DNA of 64,000 nucleotides from Eledone cirrhosa (Eukaryota): NCBI GenBank assembly GCA_964016885.1, contig OZ024740.1, positions 176,142,001 to 176,206,000 of the forward strand, read 5' to 3'. Shown piece by piece: positions 54,111 to 64,000 of this stretch (position 1 is its first letter; each line of letters starts with the position of its first letter). The notes under the pieces were generated by a model. It saw only the letters and a program-made list of their open reading frames with translations, ran no database searches and was not told where the DNA came from. The position numbers and the translations under genes were made by a program.

Positions 54111-54418
54111 CATGATGATGGCTGCCCCCTCGTTATCGAGTATGGCCATTGCACGATGAGAAAAAAAAAAGGCTTGGATCTGTATCAGGTTTTTGTCGAT
54201 CTGACAAAAGCTTTCGATACTGTTAACAGAGATGCATTATGGAAGGTTATCCAGAAACTTGGTTGCCCTGATAAATTCCTTGCTTTAGTTAGGTCTTTCC
54301 TGACAACATGAAGGCTTGGGTTAATGTCGGAGCCTATCTCAGTAAAAAATGGAGTGAAACAGGGGGATATTCCAGCACCGACCCTGTTTGCCATATACTT
54401 TGCAATGGTTTTCTGTAT

Positions 54419-54422
<4 letters not shown>
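54111..54422. mobile_element. RTE 3' end (minus) joined to an inverted internal RT fragment (plus)
   Basis: 54111-54160 matches the reverse complement of 31925-31972; 54170-54422 matches about 30068-30335. Confidence 0.85.
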
Positions 54423-54474
<52 letters not shown>

Positions 54475-55429
54475 TATATTATATTTAGAGTTTAAAGTCA
54501 AAGTCATTTACAATTAATCAGCTCAAAGAAAGAAGCATTTCCGAGCAGTGAAATACAAGTTAATATATATTAATATATGATAAACACATACGTGTTTGTA
54601 TTGTAAGAGACAAAGTTAGCTAGAATGAAATAAACTAATTAAAATGAATACAATTTGTCTGTCTCGATATAAGTCAATAAAGACAAGCTTATATTGGCAA
54701 AAATTTAAATTTGTCCAGGAATCACGGCTTTTGCCAATATAAGCTTGTCTTTATTGACTTATATCAAGACAGACAAATTGTATTCATTTTAATTAGTTTA
54801 TTTCATTCTAGCTAACTTTGTCTCTTACAATACAAACACGTATGTGTTTATCATATATTAATATATATTAACTTGTATTTCACTGCTCGGAAATGCTTCT
54901 TTCTTTGAGCTGATTAATTGTAAATGACTTTGAGTTTAAACTCTAAATATAATATATTATTGATCCTTAAATGTAAAGCTAATTTTTAATCCCATATAAA
55001 CGGCTGTTATTTCTAGCACCGGGACTATGGGATGGCTAGTATAGCTGGTTATACCACGTGCGAATCAGTCTTGCAAAATTTTTGGAGGTGTTATGTACTA
55101 ATTTTACTGGATTCCTGTTGATAAGCACAGAAGATTTGAATATTTCACTTTGTATATTTCAATTTTTTAATATTTCAATTTTTATACCATCGTTGCGAAA
55201 CATATTTAGGTTTCGAAGTTCAAATTCATCTACGGAGCAGGTTTAGATTTTGAAATTTAAATTTGTCCAGGAATCACGGCTTTTGCCAATATAAGCTTGT
55301 CTTTATTGACTTATATCGACACAGACAAATTGTATTCATTTTAATTAGTTTATTTCATTCTAGCTAACTTTGTCTCTTACAATACAAACACGTATGTGTT
55401 TATCATATATTAATATATATTAACTTGTA
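54475..55429. repeat. 552-bp-period partial tandem with a 228-bp inverted arm
   Basis: Arms 54475-54702 and 54729-54956; aaatttaaatttgtccagg at 54701 and 55253. Confidence 0.92.
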
Positions 55430-55483
55430 TATATATATATATATATATATATACTTATAATAAATTTACTTTTATGTTTACAG

Positions 55484-55543
55484 AAGATAACGATTTTAGT
55501 GTCCTGAACACGTTTGCAACAAACGATCCACGTATTGTTGATG
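55484..55543 (+). CDS. Coding exon 3 (60-bp micro-exon with activation site R|IVD-G)
   Basis: Acceptor ttttatgtttacAG, (K)DNDFSVLNTFATNDPRIVD+G, donor G|gtaaga; phase 1-1. Confidence 0.75.
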
Positions 55544-56845
55544 GTAAGATATATTTATTGAATTTAGCGATAAATACATTTAGAATTTAAAATGTAAATG
55601 AAAGACCTTAGGTATTTAAATACAGATAACGGACATTTGTTAATAGTATTTATTTGTGTTTGCTTTTTTGGGGTGATACTACATTACTGACTCATGTAAT
55701 TTTGTCGAACAGTTGTTCTTGTAGGTAAGACAGATTTATTTTCCTTGTGAATCATGATACTCTTGTTTTTCATCCTACTATAGGGCTGGTTACTCGTGAT
55801 CCTTTGTCAGGGATACGCGTCGACTGAAACGATCTGATAAAAATTTGGTAATCAGCGACATGGTGGATGAATGTTGTATAGATTGTCATATAATTCAACA
55901 ATACAGACGCATCGACTTGTGTGCCAGCGGCATAATCAACCGCTTGCACCTATTTCACGAGTGTGATCGAACAAAAACCCGCTCATCATCGATACATGCC
56001 TACATCCATATGAGTTTTCTCATCTTTATATGTTTTCAAATACATTCTCTCTGTCTCGATCGGAGACAACATTGTTTTTTCATTTGATATATATCTATAT
56101 CTAGATGGTGACTACAACCTCATTTCGAGTAATGCCATCAATTGATCCTTAAGTATGATCATCACGGACGTAGCTTTATAGTCCTGCTAGGGATTTGTCT
56201 ATGTACAGCAATACCATGCGTTACACGAAATGTCACATATCAAACGATACCTGTGCTTGAAGCTTGCTTAGCAAAGGGCCAATCCCATTCTCTGAACATC
56301 GAATGCATTTAATCAAAAAGTTGAACTAGTCTACGTCATTAGATGCAAACGAAGTCACAGATTTTAGATCTGAATGACCTTCTCCTAGAGAGATGTCTTA
56401 ATGAAGACTAGGAGTCTCTCGATCCACAAAACCAAAATACTGTATTGCATGATTGTTGAATTTCCTGAGTTCCTTTGCGAAGATTTGTTTTTCATCCCGC
56501 ATGGTGTCTAAAATCACCCTCCTCACCAAGCAAGAAGGCGTTGACCGTTTAGTCGCCGACGACACAACCATGAACATGTTGTTCTGGGTTATATATAAAT
56601 ATACATATATGCTTATGAACTTGCTACAGTATAGCCAGTGTTATTTAAATTGGCGCGAAAATACAAGAGACAGAGCGCACTCATAAAGGAGAATGTTATG
56701 GATATAGCATTTTTGATATCTTACAAATATAACATAACAGAACAGTAAAAATATTGCTTATATTACACTATCAATATATTGTCCTATACAACGTTGATTC
56801 GGGTCTTGAGAAAACAGAACATTTACCATTATTAAATGGATAAAA

Positions 56846-57025
56846 GGGCGGTGAATTGGAAGTATCGGTAGAGGGTCGGACGCCATGCTTCGCTGCACAG
56901 TTATGTCCCTTTACGGACTGAGTTCAAATCCCGCCGAGGTTAACTTTGCCTTTCATCCTAACAGGGTCGATAAAATAAAGTACCAGCAATGTACTGGATA
57001 ATTGCTAAATGTAGAAACAATTATT
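56846..57025 (+). mobile_element. tRNA-derived SINE
   Basis: 1559 family. Confidence 0.88.
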
Positions 57026-57679
57026 AAATGGATAATTAGTAATGTTATATATCGGATTTATTATACTATTTCCAGTTAACCAACCAGAGATCCCCAGGAC
57101 CATGGTGAACGGTGAGTCCCGTATTTATGTCATATTCACTCTCTCTTTCTTTCTATCAATCAGCTCATTTTCGACCTGGTCTCACACATGTCGTCAACCG
57201 GCTCTGATTATCTCCCTTTGCCTTCTCCCTCTCACTTTCGGTTTCTCCGTCTATCCCTCTCTCTATCTACACTCACTTTGCTGAGATCACACGGAAAAAC
57301 CTCGCCCCGCAGATACCATGACAACAGGACTTAAGTCCAATCGGTTCGTTGTAACTTTTCTATTTTCTCCTCGATTACTCACTTGCATGTACCATTGTCC
57401 TGTGTGTCCCCTCCATTCGGTTAGTTTACTTTGTTTTTTCCTCTTTCCTTTTCTCTCTTTCTTCCTCTCTCTTCACTATCTTATCTTTTCTTCCCCTCAG
57501 GGCCTTTTGATTGATAAAAGGCCTTTGGCAGCTGCTGATCGATTTCTATGTCCTGTTTTAAGCGCCGAAACATCTATGATCTGCAGTTAAGAGCTGATGA
57601 AGGATTTCTCTTGTTTCGTTCATATTACCATCTTAAACTTTATTTACAGTAACCACACAACCTGTGTCGTTTCTTGTAA

Positions 57680-57748
<69 letters not shown>

Positions 57749-57811
57749 ATACATATATATATATATAGAGAGAGAAATTACATTAATCAAAGTTCAGTTT
57801 AAATCATTTAT

Positions 57812-57860
57812 TTGCTTACAACTGTTTCCTCCAAACCGAGGTTTGGGTTCTTCGGAGCAA
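57812..57860 (-). ncRNA. Decayed or variant minimal hammerhead
   Basis: ttgct CCGAAGA ac ccaaacc tc ggtttgg ag GAAA cagttg TA agcaa; U4C change in the core. Confidence 0.55.
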
Positions 57861-58012
57861 CTATTTAGTGATTTATAACATACTTGACCTCCTTTTCAAC
57901 ACAAGAGACATATAAAAACATATGTATATATTGACCCACAGTGGGTTGACATCCATCATAATGATATAGCATGGCAATTTGCATATAAGGGTTAAAGGAC
58001 AAAATTGAAGTT

Positions 58013-58074
58013 AAAATAAAAATAAAAATAAAAATAAAAATAAAAATAAAAATAAAAATAAAAATAAAAATAAA

Positions 58075-58105
<31 letters not shown>

Positions 58106-58120
58106 TAAAAATAAAAATAA
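58013..58120. repeat. (AAAAAT)n tandem repeat
   Basis: Visible hexamer array. Confidence 0.95.
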
Positions 58121-58263
58121 GATAGTAATGAATTACTGTCTTTCACTATTTAGGGTTTAAAATATATATAACCATAAAAGGTTTTATTGTATACATAACC
58201 ATAAATAGTATCCTTAATACTATATATATATATATCTATATATATATGTATGTTTATATATAT

Positions 58264-58364
<101 letters not shown>

Positions 58365-58419
58365 TGTGTATATATGTGTGTGTGTGTATATATGTTTATA
58401 CAAAATGTGTTCACACGTC

Positions 58420-60170
58420 CACTGAGGCACATACAAATAACAAAGCCAGAGGATTTCTTTGATGCCACAACACTCCATGAAGAAATGGCGACCATCAACC
58501 ACAGACATAACGGAGGAGGATGTGATATCCACCATAGACGAAATTAGAACAAACTCAGCTGCTGGACCTGATGGATTCCCAGCAGTCCTCCTAAAAACAT
58601 GTAAACGTGCCTTAGGAACTCCACTGATGACCTTCTTCAGAAGCTCCTTGGTTAGCGGTAGACTACCCAGAGAGTTGAAAGAAGGCACAATATTCGCTAT
58701 CCATAAAGGAGGAAGCAGAGCGGCGGCCAAAAATGACAGGTCAGTCTGCCTGACGTCACATATCAGTAAGGGCATAGAGCGAATCATCAGAAAGGAACTG
58801 ATCACGTTCCTCGAGGAAAATGCCCGCCTGACTAGCGCGCAGCATGCCCCCCCCCCCATGAAGAATCTGCTTTACACAGCTGCTACAAAACTACAACTGG
58901 GTACTGAAACAAATGCTAGACAGCGCACATGTGGACGTGATATATCTATCTTTGCTAAGGCTTTTGAAAAGGTCGACCACGGAATGATATGTCACAAACT
59001 ACACAGACTCGGCATAACTGGAAAAGTAGGTGAGTGGCTCCACGACTTCTTAAAAGACAGTAACCAGACAGTTGCAGCAAATGTGACCCTCTCAAAGGAA
59101 ACATCAATAACAAGTGGGGTGCCCCAGGACACAGTCTTGGGACCACTACTGTTTTTGGTGGCTCTCTCAGACATGCCCTCTGTAGTACATACAATATCCC
59201 TCAGTAGCTATGCTGATGACACTAAGGTATCACAGGCAATCAAAAACCCGGCTGATGCTGCCCTTTTACAACAAGATCTGGATGTCATACACATGTGCTG
59301 AGGACAACAACATGCAGTTTAATGCTAAAAAATTGTAAGCCCTACAATACCAATCTGCAAACACAAAGACAATACAACACAGCTACACCGGACCAGGAGG
59401 GATCAACATCCTGGTGTCAGAATCGATATGAGACTTAGTGATAGACATGAGCAATGATGCATCTTTTTCCTCACACATCATGAAGGTGGCGATAATGTGC
59501 AGACGACTCGCTGGCTGGATCTTGAGGACATTTCGGACAAAAATCCGAGAGACCATGTTGATACTATGGAGGACATTTGTCCTAAGCCGCCTAGAGTTAC
59601 CCCATAGTGTCAAACTAACCACGGAGCTTGAGGCAATCCAACGAAGCTACACCAAGAGGATTGCCACGATGAAGGAGTTAAGCTATTGGGAGAGGCTAAA
59701 GGAACTGAACCTCTACTCCTTGGAACAAAGACGGGAGAGATACGCATTGATATACATATGTAAAATCCTGGAGGGACTAGCACCAAACTTTGGCATTAGG
59801 AGCTGGAACAACCCCCGAACATGACGTCACTGTGTGGTGCCAAAAGTCCTGTCTTCCACATCTAGAATAAGGAGCAGATATTGCAATAGCCTGGGGTTCA
59901 AAGGTCCTCAACTTTTCAACAAGTTACCGAGGGATTTGAGAGATCTGGATGGTGTGGACGTGGATGTTTTCAAGAAACATCTCGACCCCCTGCTATCCAG
60001 GATCCCGGATGAGCCCACAGCACGGCACGAGGGAACCCTAAGGGCAGCAGCAACGAACTCTCTCTTGCATCAATGGCCAACCAACACAAGCTGCAGATAG
60101 AATGTGTAGCAACAAGGGTGGTGCACCAGCATGGGCTCAGCCGGATGGCTGGTACAGGTAAAAGAGTAAA
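58420..60170 (+). mobile_element. 5'-truncated CR1-like LINE
   Basis: SAAGPDGFP, FAKAFEKVDH, SGVPQDTVLGPLLF, YADD, LYSLEQRRERY, GPQLFNKLP; frameshifts. Confidence 0.9.
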
Positions 60171-60209
60171 AGAGTATATATATATATATGTATATATATT
60201 TATATATAA

Positions 60210-63200
60210 CTTTGATAACTGTGATAACTTTGATAGCTTTCGGCCAGTATTGGCCCAGGCCATGTCTAACTTAATAGAACCACCTGGCGAAGTCTTACAA
60301 ATAAGGGTTTGGGCACCATGACCCACTCGAGCAGAGAGTTATTGTTTACGGAGGCATATCAGGGTGTGGGAGGCTTATCCGGGATTTCTTGAAGGAATTT
60401 GTCCAAAGCCTTCTTGAACTTGATGGGGTCTGTTCCTGATGTGATGTGTTTTGGTGTAATGTTAAAGAGAGCACGGCCAATTGAGGTTATGAGATGGGAG
60501 TGAGATTTTTGTCGTGGGTGGGTAGCACGGGGCCCAAGCCTTGGATGTACATTAAATGTGATGCCAACATCATTTGGGAAAATCTGATGGAATATTTTCC
60601 ACATCATGCAGATAATGTAGCGCTCACGGCGACGTTGGAGAGAATAAAGTTTGAGCTTTTCTAATCGACAAAGTGGATTAATTCAAACTTATCCTCATTC
60701 AACAGCATATTATTCTTTTCTGTCCATTGGATAACAGCCAGTAGGTCTGACTGAAGGCAAGTCCGGTCACCCACCTCATTGATGACTCTTTGGAGCTTGG
60801 AATCATTTGCGAAGATTCTTATGTTGCTGTGCTTGATGATGTCAGTAATGTCATTAATGTAGATGATGAAAAGAAGTGGGCCCAACACAGTGCCTTGTGG
60901 GACACCACTGCTGACTTTGACAGGGCATGACTTTACTCTTTCGACTACAACATGTTGGGTTCTGTCTGTCAGGAAACATTTGATCCACTGTAGTAACTTT
61001 CCAGAGACACCAATATTGGATAGTCTTTTCAATAGAATCTTATGATGAACCCTGTGAAAGGCCTTGCTGAAATCAAGGTAGATGACATCAGGCTTTCAAA
61101 ACATCATCAAAGTGATGCAGGATATAGTGTGTTGGGGATTAACATCACTGATACAGCCCATATCGGCCATATCAGGATTGCTGAAAACAGAGCAGTATTG
61201 TTTCTGCAGTATCTCGCCCATGGTTTTGGCATTATCTTGGAGTGTGCCATTTTCATCAACTAGAGGGCCAACAGTGGAGTTGTGACCTTGTGTTTTTTAG
61301 CAAATGAAAAGAACACTTTGGAGTTGAGTTTGTTTTTCTCAATGGCTCACCTCTCTTCAGCTGTTCTCTGGTTATTGATGATGGTCTTCATGCATTGTTG
61401 GAGGTTATATTTTTTTGATTCAAGCAGGGCGATAGCCGTCGAATATGTGTGTGTTGCTGTTGGCAGTACTTTAGTGTGTTAATTTTTTTGTTTGTTCGTT
61501 TTATTTTTCTGATAATTGTTTTTCTGTTTTGGGGGATACTGCACTTGGTTTTGTTCACAGGTTTTGGTGGGGTGTGTTTTGTACATATATTTGTGACAGT
61601 ATCTACAAAGATCTGCCAAGATGTTTTGATGTTGGTGGAAATGTGTGCCTATGTAAAAGACCAGTCAACATGTGATAGTTCGTTCATAATTGCATCCCAG
61701 TTGGCATTGTAGAGATCCATGTTATCAAATGGGTGGGCTGGAAAGAGGTCCCTAAGATTAACTTTCGGCTGGTGGAATCTCAGGTTACAAAAAACCATGT
61801 CGTGGTCTGAGAGAAGGGTTTTTTCCACTGTAATATTATGTATAATGTTAGTGTGGTTACTAAACACTAGATCCAGAATGTTCTTCTTGTCACAACTTGT
61901 CCTTGTTGGTGCAAGGACAAGTTGTGACAAGAAAAACTCATTCATGAAGTCAAGAAGTGACTCGACTGCTTCTTTGTCAGTGGTTGAAGTTGGAGTGCCT
62001 GGTTTCAAACTGCTTGTAGACCAATCGACACAGGGTAGATTAAAGTCTCCCATCAAAAGTATGTTGCTAGAATGGTACTGTTTAATAAAGTATTTTATGC
62101 TGTTGAGGCATTCTTTGAAGCAGATTATGGGTGTTTGTGGTGGCCTATAGAGCCCAACTAATATCAGGTCATTGGCTTTGTTGTGCACAGTGAATGATTC
62201 ACAGTAGCCATTGGAGAACGTTGTGTTACTATCTGCTGTAAAGGAATCATGCAGGAAAATGGCAGTCCTACCTTTCCTTCTGCCAACATGATCCACGCGG
62301 ATGGTTGTGAAATTCCTCACTCTTTCTTCGGCCGCCAAGTGGGAGTTGTCAAGGTGGGTCTCAGTAAGAATGAAGAAGGGGATGTGAAATGGATGGTTAC
62401 CAACCCAATCCTCAATGAATTGAATTTTCCATTTCTGTGCATTGATGGATGGGTTGATGCCTTGTGTGTTGAGTAAAAATGTGGAGGCTAGTGTGGTGGC
62501 TGGATTTGACTGTTGCAGGGGGCTTGTTTTGAGATTGTGTGTTAGTGACAGCAAGGTTGGTGTTGGGTGATGGTTAAAATGTTTTTTTTTGTATCTCTTT
62601 TGCCAGGTTCATGGCTAAAAAAGAAAAATGTTCTTGTTCAAGGAGCAGTTTTTGATTGGATTTGTGGTTAGGGTTAGGTTTAAGGTTAGGGTTAGGTTTG
62701 TAGTTCCCTCTTTTGTTGTTGTATTTCTTGTAATTGTGTCTTTGTGAAAAGACTGGAGCAGCATTACTTTTGTTGTTGTTGTTTTTATTGTTGATTTTGT
62801 TGTATTTGTTGTTGTAATCGTGTCTTTGTGAGAAGACTGGAGCAGCATTATTGCAGCAGGAGGTGGCTTTATCGTGGTTTGTGTGTTGGTATGGAGCCCC
62901 TTTTCTGTTCGTGCGTTGTGTCCCAGGAAGATGAGTGAAGGGACAGTCAGTCAGCAAACATAGTCTCTCGCGTTGGGAATGTCGGCAGATTTTGTGACTC
63001 CAACTTATGCGTGTGGGCAGCGTGCTTTGGTGTGGGCTGGCAGTGTTAGTGCGTCTAGTAACAGGTCAATGGATAAATATGCAGTCGCTACGTGTGCATA
63101 GCCTCTGACGTAGTGAGTAGCGGCATATTTGGGGGTTTCTAGTTTGTGTAGTGGGGGGGTGGGGGGTGCATACAGCTACATAGATGTTTGTTTAAAGTTC

Positions 63201-63832
63201 TTTTGACTACAGCATGACTGTGGTGGTGATGTGGGGGGAAGAAAGCAGTGGTTTTCATTGATAGTAGTTGACATGGTAGAATACGATAGCGGCAGTGGTG
63301 GTGATGATGATGATGATGACAACTGTGGTGGAGGCTGTGAGAGTGGTGTTAGAGAAAGCAGTGGTCCATTACTAGCAGTTGATGTGGCAGAAGATGATGA
63401 CGGTGGTGATGATTACGACGATAATAATGACTGAGAAAGTGGTGGAGGGATACTGTCGTTCAGTAACTCAGCTATTATGCTTGAATTCAGTAGTGGTAGC
63501 GGTGGTGGTGGCTCCTGATTTTCTGGCTGTTGTTGTGGCTGTTGTTGTTGTTGTTGTGGCTGTTGTTGTGTTTGACAATTGGAGTAAATATGTCGAAGTT
63601 TTTCAAAATGGTTTTAAATTAGTTTGAAAGAGACTTCGACATGTTTTAGTTTGTTGTGTATCTGCTTAGCAGACCTCGTGGTCAATGTTTGAGCAATCTC
63701 ATTCAGACACGAAGCGTTAATGGTTATTTTGGGGGACAGAGAAAACCATGTGTTTATTAAGAGGTCAATTTCATTATCAGACCAATTTCGTCTGTTGTAG
63801 GCTTGCTGGTCAGTAGTCATATCCCCCCTCAC
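60210..63832 (-). mobile_element. Internally deleted CR1-like LINE (ORF1 + APE + RT), tail-to-tail with the previous element
   Basis: APE: LTETHL, LYRPP, MGDFNLP, LDLVF, SDH (61649-62554); RT: YLDFSKAF, PQGTVLGPLLF, FAND; ORF1 remnants with Cys/His finger C..C..CPFTH and an N-terminal Myb/SANT-like segment. Confidence 0.85.
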
Positions 63833-64000
63833 CCCGTGTGTGTTTTTAGATATTTGATATGTGAGTGAGCCTTTGGTTATTTGAAGAAATTAAAGAATCG
63901 TGTATATATATATATATATTCTCTCTTATGGATCTGAGTTTGGTTGTTTGAGGATGTTAATAGTTTTTGGTTATTTGGTTGTTTGAAGATATTCAAGGAA

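Noticed and set aside
62666-62699. TTAGGG-like telomeric repeats
   Set aside because: Only a few degenerate units; they are the antisense of Pro-Asn codons within LINE ORF1

Overview
AT-rich, microsatellite-dense animal genomic DNA. It is probably an octopod cephalopod, inferred from the tRNA-derived SINE family and the repeat landscape. Most of the window is transposable-element debris: Penelope-like elements (RT + GIY-YIG), RTE, CR1-like and L1/Tx1-like LINEs, one degenerate hATm-type DNA transposon, a non-autonomous Helitron and more than a dozen SINE copies. No TE reading frame is intact. Two things stand out. (1) The 5' part of a host gene on the + strand, missed by the ORF track: a TATA box, a non-coding first exon and three phase-1 micro-exons that splice to MYLLILYQILLNAGVILCSSGDKPWYIKHWKDNSKDNDFSVLNTFATNDPR|IVD(G). 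This reads as signal peptide + propeptide + trypsin-type activation site of a probable S1 serine protease zymogen; the catalytic exons are not in the window. (2) About 15 intact or decayed type I hammerhead ribozyme (HHR) motifs in non-coding 0.4-0.65 kb repeat units arranged as partial tandem plus inverted copies (Penelope pseudo-LTR / retrozyme-like). Four of them, from three different repeat families, share a C-C mismatch at the same position of helix II. All calls were made by eye, and coordinates of decayed TEs are approximate.
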